From positions 41,664,001 to 41,728,000 of the forward strand of contig NC_087452.1 in assembly GCF_036321535.1 (NCBI RefSeq): a DNA stretch of 64,000 bases, read 5' to 3'. The translations under genes were made by a program, and so were the position numbers. A model generated the notes under the pieces. It was not told the origin of the DNA, did no database searches, and was given only the letters and a program-made list of their open reading frames with translations. Positions 49,057 to 62,449 of the stretch are shown in pieces; within the stretch, counting starts at the first letter, position 1, and every line of letters starts with the position of its first letter. This DNA is from Camelus dromedarius. Taxonomy: Eukaryota.

Positions 49057-50544
49057 AAAGTGGGTTTGGGAGGAGGCCACAACTCCTGCTGACAGAGTAC
49101 CTCCTATGCTGTGTAAGCGGCTCACATGCTCGACCTTATACAACCCTCGCCTCCTGTAGGTGTATCATCACCCTCATTTTGGTGGCCTAAAAGCGAGGCA
49201 CCCAGGCTCAGCCAAAGAATGCAGTTATGTACCAAGTGGTAGGCCTGGAATTTGTACTCAGGTGGGCTTATTCACTCCTGGCTCATCACCACCATCACCT
49301 GACAGTGGGCACGGCGAAGTATCCTCTAAGTGATGTGTGCGTTTGCTTCTTCTTCGTGTGGACAACAGCCACAATTCATTGATTAAAATTCCACTAAAAA
49401 CTTACTGCTATTATTAGGCCAAACTTCTTCCAACGGAGTTAAAGTAGAATTACTGAAGTAGCAAGCCAGTTCACCCAGAACACTCTCTTTTAGGGTGGTT
49501 CTACAATTAAAAAGTAACCGTAAAATGTAACCTTTTCTCTCTCTCCAGGCATACCAAATACCGGGTTCAAAACTGAAAAAAGGGATAATCACCTCAGATA
49601 CTGCGGCACAGGTCTCAATAATCCTCCTCAAAGCAGACATTTTCTGAGGCCAAAAATTAAAAACAGCTCAAGTCTGCCAGTGAGTAAGTCTCTAATTCTT
49701 AACTCAGTTTTGCTAATGATCAACTCTGACTGTATATATGGTCATTTATTCCCAGAGTCTCTGGTATCGCTGAGGCAAGACCTGGATGTCTGGTTATTCC
49801 GCCAAGAGGGTTCCCTTGATCAGAGGCCCTTCCCCACCCACCAGTCAGGCCAGGGAACCTGATGACGGGAAGTGACATTCCTAAGTCGGTCCCATGGCCC
49901 TACCTGGGCCTTCACCTGCTCAGGGACAGCACTGAGAGATCTCCCAGGATTATCCGATTTTCAGAGCTGGAGAGACCTCAGAGGGCGCTGAAGTGGGGGT
50001 TTCTAAGTGCATGCCTGTGATATAAATTTTGAGTTGGGGTCTCTGGGAGCCCAGGCAGCTACACAGCTGCATGGACTCACACCCATGTGGCTGGTAAGAG
50101 TCAGTGGCTGTTTCTTCTTTACAATGTTGAAGGACATCTATCTATGCCTCTTTTAACAAATGAGAACAAAAATTAACTCCTTAATAGCTTATCTGATAGA
50201 CTGATAAGGTGGTCCAAGGTGGGGCCAGGAATGAAAAAAAAAAAGTGTGTCTCACGTGGGCCAGAAACCTATGACATTATCCACCACAGCAGTTCCCCTC
50301 AGTTCTCTGGTGTGGCTTCAAGGAAGGTCTCTCCCGACCTCCCACTGCTCTGCTCATTTCAGCTTTTCTACTTTCATCTCCACTTGATTCGCGGGGGTAC
50401 CTTTTAATTTCCTTTTGTCAGCCAGCCTACCATCTCCTCTGTGGTTTTCCAAGGCCTCACAGACCGCTCTCCCCAGTTACTACTGGTCATCCTTCTGGCC
50501 TGAAGTAGCAGGACTGTCAGCCCCCAAAGGGCAGTGAATTCATC

Positions 50545-51100
50545 CAGCATATGTCTGTTTAGTGTCTACTCTGTGTCAGGGAGTGTTCTAAGGGCTGAGG
50601 AACAGAACAGTGAGCAGAACTTACTAAAGCCCCCACCCTCACTGAGCTTACATGTCAGGACAAAGAGACAGACAGTAAACAAACATGTAGAACACAGGGC
50701 ACGTCAGATGGTGATAAGTATTGTAGATCAAATAAAGCAGGAAAGAGGTTAAAGAGCGGTGTGTCTGTGAATGATTTTATATGGGGCATCTGGGAATGAC
50801 TACACTTATTAAGTGACATCTGAGCAAAGGCCTGAAGCAGGTGAGGGTAAGCCTTCTGGGGGAAGAGCACTCCGGGCTCGCAGTACAGCAGGTGCAAATG
50901 CCCTGAGGTGGGGGCAGTCTTGGCACGTTTAGGAACAGCGATGGGGCCAGTGTGGCTACAACAGAATAACTGAGGGGACGGTGGCAGGAGGGAAGGCCAG
51001 TGGTGAAGGGCCAGGTCAGGGGCCTGCAGGCCACTGGAAGGACTTGGCCTTTCCTCTGACTCAGTTGGAAAAGTTGCTGGATCAGTGCTATAAAAAAAAA
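50545..51100 (-). mobile_element. L2 fragment
   Basis: gtgacatctgagcaaaggcctgaagcaggtgaggg...gcaaatgccctgaggtgggg...ggacttggcctttcctctga. Confidence 0.8.
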
Positions 51101-51364
51101 AGGCAGGCTTAGGACAAGACTTAAATAGGCTATTTAGGGCCAAATTCAGGTCCTGTGGAGTCACCACCCCTGAGGAACACTCTTATCTTTGGAGAACAGT
51201 CATCCCTGCCGGGTAAGAACCTCACCACTGATGTTTCTCTGCTCCTCTCCTCCCATCCTCTGTAACCCACCCTCCATGGCCTCTACCCAGACCTTGGCCA
51301 GCATTCCTCCTGGAATGCCTCCCCACCCTCACCTGCCTGTCAACACCTACCCTGTTTCCAGAAT

Positions 51365-51425
51365 CAGCTATCTACTTTGCAGGACCCAGTGCAAAATGGA
51401 AATGCAGGGACCCTTGTTCAAAAAA
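51365..51425 (+). mobile_element. MER45-like hAT-Tip100 fragment
   Basis: gacccagtgcaaaatggaaatgcagggacccttgttcaaaa. Confidence 0.65.
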
Positions 51426-53149
51426 AAAAAAAAAAAAAAAGCCAGCCCTGTTTATTCTCATTGGACCCCAGAAGGCAGATGAAGGCAAGGAAGGCCCTGG
51501 GAACACAGCTCTTCCAACACAGCCCTGGTTAGTGTAGGGGAGGAGCAGCCTTTGCTGCATTCAGCAGAGAGCGAGCTGAATGAGTCTGGGTGGAGAAGGA
51601 CAAGCCCCGGGGCCAGTGCTGGGAGCAGCAAGGACAACTTCCAGGAGGGGGACACGTGACGCTGAAAGTAAAGGCTGAACAGAAATGTTTCCTGAGTGCT
51701 TCCTTTGCACTGGGCATTGATGGAGAGAAACAACGCTGCAGGCAAATATTCACAGTGGTTGGCCCAGTGCCCCTGGGGCAGGGCAGTCTCCCAGGGGGAG
51801 GTGGGACTACAGCTGAGCCCAGAAGGAGCGGAAATGGAGGAATGTTTATAAGGGAGAAATGGAAAGTTACAAAGGCAAGCGAGCAGCCAGTGTATCTGAG
51901 GGGCCAACCTGGCTGGTGATAGAGGTTATACCCCCAGGCGGGACCAGTGGGAAGGGCCTTTAGCTTAAAGGCAGTGGTGAGGGGTGGCGCTGAGCGAACA
52001 GTTTGAGGAGGAACATGGACAGGAGGAGAGCTGTGCTCCTGAAAGGCTTGTCTGGCAGTGTATGAAGGCCAGACGGCGGGGTCAGAGCCTCATGGAAGCA
52101 GGTGTCACGCTGGTGAGGGCAGGGTGGGTGGGAGCCTACCCAAGAGAGCTGGGTAGAGCCTTCCGACCACCAGCAGTGGGTCTGCACAGATGGACAGACC
52201 CGAGAGAGGGTTCAGATACTCATTTCCAAGCCAGCAACAACAAATAAGAGAACTGCACACCCTGAGACAAAAGTTCTCTGGCAGGATGCGTAAACCACGT
52301 GCATCCCGCAGAATTCCTAATTTTAGAAACCAGACTGGAACTTGTCTGACCAAAATAAACCAGGCCCCAAATATTTACTTTTGTTGTTATTTTGCATTTG
52401 TAGAAGCAGGAAGATCAGTGGGAGGGTCTGGACATTTTACACGTTACCCCTCAGGGTGAGCCCTCTCGGGTAGCCTTGCTGGAGACACCAGCAGTCACCA
52501 TACCAGGGGGTCTTGGAGGACAAGTACAAGCTGCTGGCATTGGGTCCTGCTTATGGTTTTTCAGTCTCTCATATGTCAACTCTGGACTTTATCACCTTTT
52601 CAAGCTCCCTTTTCACATGGATAAACGAGCCTTCCAATCATGGGACAGCAACCAGAAGGGACAAAAGAGCAACCGGAGACATGTATTTTCGTCACATAAA
52701 CAGGACACACAGTGCTCCTTCTCTCTCTTGAGGCCAAATAATGCAAACAACTTTAGTATGAATTCCAATGAAGTCAGAACTCTTACCTCAAGAATTTTAA
52801 GACAAAGAAAACTCTCAGCTTGGATTTCATGAGTGGAGTCCACGTTGGAATACTCTATGGCAAGGGGCTTCTTGCTTCTGGTTCCTGGTTTTCAAACACA
52901 GAAACTCTTCCCTGTTTTATTTTGTTTTAACAAGATAAGAGTAAAATAAAAGCGTGGATGCTTGCAGCACTCTGACTGAAGCAGACACTGGTACTCATGG
53001 AGAGGGACGGGTGTTTTCAGAGGGATTTTGAAAATTCCATCAAATCACACACATTGGTGTTGTTCTCTTCCTACTATTATAGTTTTCTGACAGCCTAAAT
53101 GAGTGAGATTTCATACTGTTTGGATCTTAAATTTTTTTTACAGGGTCCT

Positions 53150-53905
53150 TTTTATTTTTTTTTTTTTAAGACTTTTTAAAATTGAAGAATACTTGGTTTA
53201 CAATGTTGTGTTAATTTCTGGTCAGGTACAGCACAGTGATTCAGTTTTATATATATATGTGTGTGTGTGTGTATTCCTTTTAATATTCTTTTTCATTATA
53301 GGCATTGAATTAGTTCCCTGTGCTCTACAGCAGGACCTTGCTATTTATCTATTTTATATATAATAATTAGTATCTCTAAATCCCAAACTTCCAATTTATC
53401 CCTCCAATCCCCCTTTCTCCTCTGGTTACCACAGTTCTGTTTTCTATGCCTGTGAGTCTGTTTCTCTTTTGTAAGTAAGTTTATTTGTCTCATTTTTTAG
53501 ACTCCACATATAAGTGATATCATATGGTATTTTTCTTTCTCTCTTTGGCTTATGTCNNNNNNNNNNNNNNNNNNNNNNNNNNNNNNNNNNNNNNNNNNNN
53601 NNNNNNNNNNNNNNNNNNNNNNNNNNNNNNNNNNNNNNNNNNNNNNNNNNNNNNNNNNNNNNNNNNNNNNNNNNNNNNNNNNNNNNNNNNNNNNTATGCT
53701 CAGTTTACAATGTTGTGTCAACTTCTGGTGTACAGCATGTTTCAGTCATACAGGTACATACACATATTCCTTTTCATATTCTTTTTCATCAGAGATTACT
53801 ACAAGATATTGAATATGGTTGCCTGTGCTATACAGAAAAAACCTGTTGGTTATACCACAACTTCTTTATCCAATCATCTGTTGATGGACATTTGAGTGTG
53901 TTGTT
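53150..53905 (-). mobile_element. L1 3' end with a second L1 3' fragment nested (53695-53850)
   Basis: Two copies of tttacaatgttgtg...ctggt...cagca in the same orientation; the host L1 resumes with tataccacaacttctttatccaatc. Confidence 0.8.
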
Positions 53906-54035
53906 TCATCCAAAAAAATTGAGAAATTTAAGGAATACTTAGAAGCCTTGTCTGTATCAATTAGCTAACAGTTTCATAATTCAAATGGAAATATGCACAT
54001 TATAATGTCACTGTTGACAGCTTATAGGTTTTTAA

Positions 54036-54165
54036 AACATTCGGGGGGGGGCAGGTAATCAGGTTTTATTTATTTCATTTATTTTTAGAGAAAGTACTAG
54101 GGATTGAACCCAGGACCTCATGCATGTTAAGCATGTGCTCTGCCACTTGAGCTATACCCTCCCCC
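54036..54165 (-). mobile_element. Vic-1-like SINE
   Basis: TSD acagc(t/c)tataggtttt(t)aa at 54017-54035 and 54167-54184; tRNA-like head. Confidence 0.9.
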
Positions 54166-56662
54166 AACAGCCTATAGGTTTTAACTGTACAATTTGAATT
54201 CCCCTAAGAGCATGACTTTATCAGAAATGTTTTTAGTTATTTGTTCCTTAGCCAGGGATTTTCTAGGGTATAAAATCTTAAGAAATGGAAGAATATTAAC
54301 AAACGATCCCAAGAAACCTCTCTAGATAAAAATGCACTAACTACATATTTCAAAATAAACACCACATTTTGGGGATTGAACATGGAATAAGAAGTACCAT
54401 GTGATCCTTCCTACGCAGAATTCCACCCTGCCATGGTTGGATATTTTAAGAACAAACCTGAGCTATCAGTTGGGATGGCAGTCTCTCCGGAAACCTTCAC
54501 AGCATCTTCAGGGTTTCCCAAGAGAAGAGCTCAAGGATCCTTCCTCCAACTGACTACTTCCATGTCACTTCAAAAACACCAGAAGTGTGGACACCAACTC
54601 CAGTGTTTCCTCCTGTATTCCCTGCAGTCAGTCAGCTCCCAGGCCCAGGCTCTTCTCTCCAGCTGCTCAGCCATCATCCCGGCCCATGCCATCAGCCCTC
54701 TCTCCCTGAGACCTCTGTAACACTCTGATGATGACGATCCCTCCTCAATCACTATTTCAGACTCATTTTTTCTGAAATGCGGATGTGGTGAGGCCTCTTT
54801 CCTGCTTGCAGCCCTTGGTGGCCTGACCTGGCTGGGACTGACTGGGTTGCTGTGCTATTACATGAGATAATGGAACACAGGGAAGTAAAGGATGGCTGGT
54901 GAACTTACTGTCCAGGAGGGTATCATTTCCCTGGCTTGTCAAATACACTACATGCTGGACTAGTCCTGCCAGGCCTGTGGGCTCTGAGCCTGGGCTGGGC
55001 TGCAGCCTTAAAGATGGACTTGACACAGAAACACACAAACTCCAGTGCTTCGGGCCAGGAGGGGGCAAGGCCCCAGCTGGTGAGCAGGTTGTGTCCTTAA
55101 GCTTCACTTGCCAATCGCTTGTCTGGAACTGGGCATGCTCTCTCCCATAAACACTATGTGATAAAGAGTGATAAGGGGCCCAAGCGAGCCTAGAAGAGCT
55201 GATTTAACCCATGACTCAACACGACCACATCTGAACGAAAAAGAGTAGCAATGTACTTAGTAAAGATTTATCTGGCACCACATGTAAGGAAGCCTACTGG
55301 TTCCTTTAATAAAATAATATTCTGATCCTCGCACGCTGGACAGAGGAGGGAGAGTCTCCCATGGAATGGAGCGATTAAAAAGTTCCAGCCCAATTCTTGT
55401 CCTGAGACCCACTTTCACTCTGGGAATCCAATCGGTCACCGCTGCCCCGGCTTCAGGTGCCTCAGGGCACTGCCTCCCACAGCACTCAGGCTCAGTCTGG
55501 GGACCGACCCTCGTCTTCATGCTGCCCAGCACTGCAAGCTCTCAGTTTGAGGACAGCAGTCAAGATTCAAACTCAGAGAGGAACTTACAGGGGCTGGTAG
55601 ATGTGGCTGCCCTCAGGCTCCTTTCCCTGGGTCCCCAGCTTTCTCCACGACCTGGGAAAGAGTCCTCAGACACATCTGAACTTCCCAGAGGCAAGGCTCA
55701 AGAGAGGGCACAGAGGGGAGAAACAGGACGTCCCAGGATGACTGGAAGTTGTAACGACCACTCTCTTCCAGGAGGTACGTCTCCTTTCCATAGAGGCGAG
55801 GCCTCAGAAAGTCGTAAGTTCACATCAGCACGAACTGCAAACACTCTGTGTGTGACTGTGTGTGTGAGTGTGAGTGTGTGTGGGCATAGGTGGTAGGTGG
55901 GGGGTTAGGAGGGCTTTCTCACACCAACTGTGTGCCCGGTATTGATGAGACACTGATAAGGTAAAAGCACTTAAATAAGAAAATGTTTCTGTCCTTAGGA
56001 AACTCCCAAATCAGTGGGAGGAGAGATACACATCCAACTACCTGCAACATTATCTCTGAACTTGGGGGTACTGGGCACAACACAGAGCAAACACGTCTGC
56101 AGAGCAGGCACTGGTCCCTCACACCCTCTGTGGAAGAGACAGTGTGAAAGGGCTCCTGGTTGTGACGGTCAGCCCAGCACAGACAGAGGTGCCTCTCCTC
56201 AGATGGGGCCGTGGAGAGAATCCCAGACAGCAGCCAGTCTCCATAGCCTTTCCCTTGGGCAAGTCATTTAGTCAATCAAAAGTCAAAGCCTGTTATGTGG
56301 GTAGGGTGGGGAGCGGTCCTGTGCTGGCCACCTCCAGATCTCAGCTCCTGCTCTTTCCTTCTCTAGGTGGGAGGGTTCTGGCTCCTGAGCTTACAGAGGC
56401 CCAAGGGGCACTGATTCAAATAACAGAGGAGAGGAGAGGATTCAGGACAGACTGGACCAGGCCCACAGGGCTAAGGAAGTGCAGAGGGCTGGAGGCAGGG
56501 AAGAGACCAGAACTGGCTGAAGGATTAGATCCTCTTCAACCCAAGTGAGCTAATCAAACCAAAACATCTGCTCCAGTCCACACAGCAAGTGCAACATACC
56601 CACATTGAGTCCCCTGGAATTACTGAGAGCCCTGCAGCACAGAGGTCCAAGTAGATAAGGGA

Positions 56663-57380
56663 TTTTTTTTTAAATTGAAGCATAGCTGATTTACAATGTT
56701 ATGTTAGTTTCTGGTGTACAGCACAGTGATTCATATGTTATACATACATATATACATTCATTTCCACATTCTTTTTCATTATAGGTTAGTACAAGCTATT
56801 GAACATAGTTCCCTGAGCTACACAGTAGGACCCTGTTGCTTACTTGTTTTACATAGAGTAGTTAATATGTGCAAATTCCAAACTCCTAATTTATCCCTTC
56901 TCCCTCCTTTATCCTTTGGTAACCATAAGTTTGTTTTCTATGTCTTCTTCTGAGTTTCTTTTTGTTTTGTAAATAAATTCATTTGTGTCATTTTTTTTTT
57001 AGATTCCACATATAAGTGATATCACATGATGTTTGTCTTTCTCTGTCTGACTTACTTCACNNNNNNNNNNNNNNNNNNNNNNNNNNNNNNNNNNNNNNNN
57101 NNNNNNNNNNNNNNNNNNNNNNNNNNNNNNNNNNNNNNNNNNNNNNNNNNNNNNNNNNNNNNNNNNNNNNNNNNNNNNNNNNNNNNNNNNNNNNNNNNNN
57201 NNNNNNNNNNNNNNNNNNNNNNNNNNNNNNNNNNNNNNNNNNNGGATCCATGTATCTTTTCAAATTAGAGTTTTCTCTGGATATATGCCCAGGAATGGGA
57301 TTGCTGGATCACAGGGTAAGCCGATTTTTGTTTTTTTAAGGAATCTCTATACTGTTTTCCATAGTGGCTGCACCAAACTA
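56663..57380 (-). mobile_element. L1 3' end, N-gapped
   Basis: aattgaagcatagctgatttacaatgtt...atatgcccaggaatgggattgctggatc...atactgttttccatagtggctgcacc. Confidence 0.92.
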
Positions 57381-57971
57381 TACTCTGGATGTGGGATCTT
57401 AAACCAGATGTTGTCCTTCCATCACAAAAGGTCATTTTTAAAAACTCTCACTCTTGAGGATGTTTTTAAACTGAGGATGCCATCTGTGCCTGGCCCTTCA
57501 CCACCCACAGAACAAGTGAGGAAGAGCCGGGGATGCCCTATCTCCACCTCCCGCCAGGGCCACACCTCTGATGTCACCCCTCAGGGCAGATGTTCCTCAG
57601 CTTGGGAAACACAGCTGCTCTGAGGCAGGAGTAAAGCTACAGAACCACCGATGCTGCCAATTCAAAGGAGGGGAAGATGGCTTCCTTCTTGAGCAGTTCC
57701 AGCAGCTCACACCCCTGCTGCCAGTACCAGATAAGTCAACTCTGGAGGGAGCGGCCCCCACGGTGCCGAGTCTCACCACAACCTGGTGCATCCCAGGGAC
57801 TAGTCCATCTGATGGAAGGAAGGTCTGGGGAGCTCAATTCTGGCAGCCAGGCTGGTCTTGCCCCCAGACAGGGGACTGTGGCTCATTTTCAAAGACCTCA
57901 AGTGCAGATCACGAATTCTTGTCCTTCATCCAGAAATTGTTCCTCACTATTTAGCTAAATCCCTCCGCCCT

Positions 57972-58438
57972 ACGGAGGGCTGAATAATGCCCCTCCCCAA
58001 AGAGACCCACGTAGCGAACCCTGGAACCTGTGAGTGCTACCGTCTGTGGTGAAGGGAACATGTAGATGTGATTGAGGTAGGGATCTGGAGTGGGGAGATT
58101 ACCCTGCATTACCCAGACGGGCCCTCCGTGTAATCACAGGGTTAGAAGAGGAAGCCAACAAGGCCTAAGTAGGAAGGAGGAGGTGTGAGGTGCAAGTGAG
58201 AGGCTGTGAGGACAGGGTCACAAGCCAAAGAATGCAGGCGCTCTCCAGGAGCCAGGAAAGGTAAGGGAGTAATTCTCCCTTAGCGCCTCCAGAAGAAACC
58301 AGGCCTGCCAACACCTTGACTTAAACCCCGTGAAACTGATTTGGTTTCTGACCTCTGGAACTGTAAGAGAATACACGTGCGTTGTTTAAGCCACGAATTG
58401 GTGGTGCTTTGTTACAGCAGCCATAGGAAGTTAGTACA
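57972..58438 (+). mobile_element. MLT1D-like solo LTR (ERVL-MaLR)
   Basis: gctgaataatgcccctcccc...ccctggaacctgtgagtg...tgtttaagccac...gttacagcagccataggaagttagtaca. Confidence 0.85.
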
Positions 58439-59252
58439 ACCCCCAACAGAGACTGAGGTACCCTCAGAGCTTCCATAACCCTCCGTCCTCATAAACTAGC
58501 TCTCTGGCCCCTTGACTGCTCTGCCAGCTCCCCTCCCGGACGATCCTGTGGGCATCTTCACTTGGCTTACCCACCAAGGAGAATGTACTGCAAACCCAAC
58601 TTCCTTCTAGGTGTCCCCAAGGCATAGCTAAGCACAGCTCCTGGAACCCAGGAGGGACCCTGGGGGTAGAAGCTGATGGAGACCCCGTCATCCTGAGGAA
58701 GGGGAGCCCTAGCCCCACTCCCATTTCGTCCCTGCTGACCCCCCTCCTCTGCAGGCTCCTCTGAGCCGCTAACGGACTCTCCAGCTCTTGAAACTGCAGC
58801 CACCCACCAATTCCTCAGCTTCTCCAGGACCTGGTTTTAGATCAGAAAATACCTGCTGTCATTAGATAAGCCCTCCTGGAAACGGCCCTCAACACCTGCC
58901 TCACCCATTTCCTATTCCGGCTTCCACCTCACACTCCACTTTTAAAAGAAAGATGGAGGCGACAATATATTCAAAGAATCTGCCCAGTCACGTTGTGTTA
59001 ATTATCAACTTGAGGCAAAATTCCGATACTGTTTTTGCCGAGAAGGGAAAGGCTTTAAATTCTATATTGAGGAAACTGCTCTGAATGTCCTAAGGTGAGG
59101 GGTCTTAAGGATCAAGGACCCTCTGCTCACAAGATCTGTAAGTGCACTTTCCCAAGAGTCAGGAGTCCACAGTGAAGTGATTTCTAGAGAAAAGGGTAGT
59201 TTTCACACTTCAAAATTTTACTGTATATCCATTTAAAAACAGTAACTCTTAG

Positions 59253-59430
59253 AGGGGGGAGGGTATAGCTCAGTGGTAGAGTGCCTGCTTAGCAGGTAAG
59301 AGGTCCTGGGTTCAATCCCCAGTACCTCCTTTAAAACAAATAAATAGACAGATAGAGAGACAGACGGATAAACCTAATTACCTCTCCCCACCAACATAAA
59401 GTCACTGTTTTTTTAAATTAAAAAGAAATT
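59253..59430 (+). mobile_element. Vic-1-like SINE, long-tail type
   Basis: gggggagggtatagctcagtggtagagtgcctgcttagc...ctgggttcaatccccagtacctcc; TSD taactctta at 59243-59251 and 59431-59439. Confidence 0.92.
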
Positions 59431-61439
59431 TAACTCTTACAAGAACTCCTAATCTAAAACACTAAAAGCTCAAGGAACTGCTTTTGGGTGGCGGGGGGGG
59501 GGGAGGGAGAGGCAGGAAGAACTGCATCCAACCCATTCAGCCCAAGAGGGATTTTAAAGCCACTTGAAAAGCACTGATACTACATATAATCTGTTGTTTA
59601 TACACATAAAATCTTTTAATAATAAACACTCCCACTGATACAAATCCTATTACAGCAGAAGGTGCTCTCTAGCTACTTCCACAGTGTCCCTTAGTGTACA
59701 GCTCTCCCCAGCTTTTAGGGTCTGTTGCCCCTTCTGGAGTGGGTGCTCCCTGGGGGCAGGGACAGTGTTTTCTCCATGACTTGGACCAGCTAACAGCAGA
59801 GGGCCTAGATCACACACAGTTCTTCATGTTTGCTGGGGGAATAAATCAAACTGTTTCCAAGCTCCAGGCACTGTCCTTTATTTAAGACTCTATCTGTGCA
59901 ATGCCAAAAGACAAAAAAACAAAAAAAAACAAACAAAAAAAAAACCCACCCCAACTCTACCACAATGAAAGAATACAACTGCTTAGCGTCACCATAAAAC
60001 AGTTTAAATTTTGGTCTACCTCATCTGTGATGACATTAAATCAAGAGAACACATAACAAAGGGACTAGCAAGAGGACTGACCTGTAGGAAAACAAAATGT
60101 GGTTGGAAGGACAATGAAAGCAGAGTCTTTTAGAAGTGTGAGCCCAGATGACATTCCCAGGGAGAGGCGGATCACATTTATACGCTGGAGGGCTCCAAGA
60201 AACACATTAAATGCAAGAAGGCTTGGAATATTCCACGTATCCCTGAAGGCAGTGAGCCACTCCGGGAGCAGGGGCAGGGAGCTAAGAGAAGACCAAGCAT
60301 GTAGCACAGGGGACCACAAAGTCCCAGGCAGCCCGAGCAGACAGGGACTCTGAAGACGGCAGAGGCCTTGGTTGGATGAGGCAAGCGATGGGAGCAGAGG
60401 AGGAAGGGGCTCTGACAGATCAGACTTTGAGGAGTGTCCTGATGCCAGGCGGATTTCTGAGTTCCTGAACAGAGGCACAGCGGAATTAAGTTACCCGCAC
60501 AATGTCAGAGTTGGTTAGAGGAGACAAGAGGCTGTAACTTAGATGTCCAGGCCCTGAAGTTTTCTCTTATTCACTGAAACAAGTGTGCACAGGAGAGGGT
60601 ACACTGAGCGTGCGTCCCTTCTGGAGGCCCCTCCTGCGGCTTCCGGTGTCCCCGCCCCCCGCCCCTGCTTCTGCTCCTGCCTCCCCTCTCTTGGAACGCC
60701 TCCCTGACTTCCCTCCAGCCTCTACTCTTTCTTACTTTTTATGGCCCACTTCCAAGCAACTTTCTGAAATGCTTCCCTAAAAACTCCAACCCACACTTCT
60801 CTGCCCTAATTCCTCCTATGCCTTTGGGCTCCTGGCTCATCCAGCTCTTTTCCCGAATTTCCGCTGTCAAACAAAACAGCAATGAATTTTATACTTTACT
60901 CTTCCATGTCTTATTCAAACCATCTCCCCACTCGCTGTCTGGACATACAAACTAAGGTTGAAGGAATGAACAAAAGAAAGAATGAAGGTCTCATCCCTTA
61001 GAGTTTGTCTCTGGCTGAGGACAGGAACTGCCTGATGCTTCCTTTACGCTTCTTTCAAAGTTCTAAATAAAAATCTGATGACTTAGTTACACTGTGTACC
61101 AAACAGAAACATTTAATAGTAAAACTGTATCAAGTACACTGTGGTCTGGCATTTGCTGTTGGGGTACATTTTCAACTAGATGACATCAACCTAATAAGGT
61201 CTAAATTTATTCCTCTATACTGGGATACAATTTAGGACAATTTATCAGCAGATAATTTTCTAAATAATTACAATGAGAGTGTCTAACACTTTAGGGCAAA
61301 AGAGGTGCCATAAACATTAAACAGGCTACACAAGTGCTTTCCTACGTTTCATTTGCGCACACACCAGAGTGGAAAAATCTACTCTATGTACGATTATTCC
61401 TACTCTGCGAAGTTCTATCTAAAGAGCTACAACAGTCTG

Positions 61440-61615
61440 AGCATGACACCTCTCTGCCATTGGATCGTGAGCTCCTCAGGAAAGGGACTGGCACTTGTTC
61501 TGCCCCTCTCACATTTGTCTTTCCCTGCACTGCACTCCTGCCCTCCCCCAGGCATCGGGCCGTGGTGGTGACTCGACAAGTCTCTGCTGAACAAATACAT
61601 GAACAGACAATGAAT
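61440..61615 (+). mobile_element. L2 3' end
   Basis: ggatcgtgagctcctcaggaaagggactg...gctgaacaaatacatgaa. Confidence 0.6.
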
Positions 61616-61959
61616 GTGTGTGCTGCCCTGACAGGTAAATGTTCTGTCCTTTTCACACAAGGCAAAGGGCACCTGCACAGGGTCACTGGGACCCTCTCCA
61701 CACCCAGGACACCAGAAACATGTCGTGAAGCTGGAGAAGAATCACAGCATCTCAGTGGGACAGAAAGAAGCAGGATGCCCAGGTACCTACAGATTTTGCC
61801 TGTGATTTGTGGTACCCAGAAGGTCCATGCCTCCTCTCTGGGCCTCAGTTTCTCTAACTGATCTCATTTAACATCACCTGTCCTCCTGCCTTCCTGCCAG
61901 GACAGCTGTGCAGAACAGACAAGGTGGTGAATGGGAAAGCATTCTGTATACTACAAGGC

Positions 61960-62400
61960 ACCATACTGGTTTCCTTGGGCCACCGTATCAAACTACCACA
62001 CACTGGGCGGCTTAGCACACCAGACCTGTACTGTCACTCAGCTCTGGAGGCTAGAAGTCCGAATTCAAGGTGCTGGAAGGGCCATGGGCCCTCTGAAACC
62101 TGCAGGGAGAATCTTTTGCCTCTGCCAGCTCCTGGTGGTTGTGGCGATCCTTCGCTCTCCTTGGCTTGTAGATGCATCACTCCCATCTCTGTCTCCATCC
62201 ACCATGTAGCCGTCCCCCTCCTGTGTCTCTGTCTCTGTGCTTCTTCTCCTCTTCTCACAGGGACACAAGTCACATTGGATTAAGGGCCCACTCTCCTCCA
62301 GTATGACCTCATCTTAGCTAATCATATTTGTAATGACAGTACTTCCAAATAAGGTCACATTCTGAGGTACTGGGGGTTAGGACTTCACTATTTAATCCAC
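61960..62400 (-). mobile_element. MLT1B/C-like solo LTR
   Basis: cagctctggaggctagaagtccgaattcaaggtg...ccagtatgacctcatcttagctaat...aaataaggtcacattctgaggtactgggggttaggacttca. Confidence 0.88.
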
Positions 62401-62449
62401 AACAAACACCACATGAATCAAAGCACCCCATTTAAAAACTACTGAAATA

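Noticed and set aside
46536-49159. ORFs containing X runs
   Set aside because: Artefacts of translating through N gaps in a dead L1.
55366-55896. 176-aa plus ORF; also 61334-61861 and 50655-51167
   Set aside because: No family match; the latter two overlap L2 relics.
59256-59330. tRNA genes suggested by A-box/B-box heads
   Set aside because: No complete cloverleaf; A-tails and TSDs show these are SINE copies.
9098-59430. SINE orientation bias, 8 sense versus 2 antisense to CTDSPL
   Set aside because: Ten copies are too few; two-sided binomial p is about 0.11.
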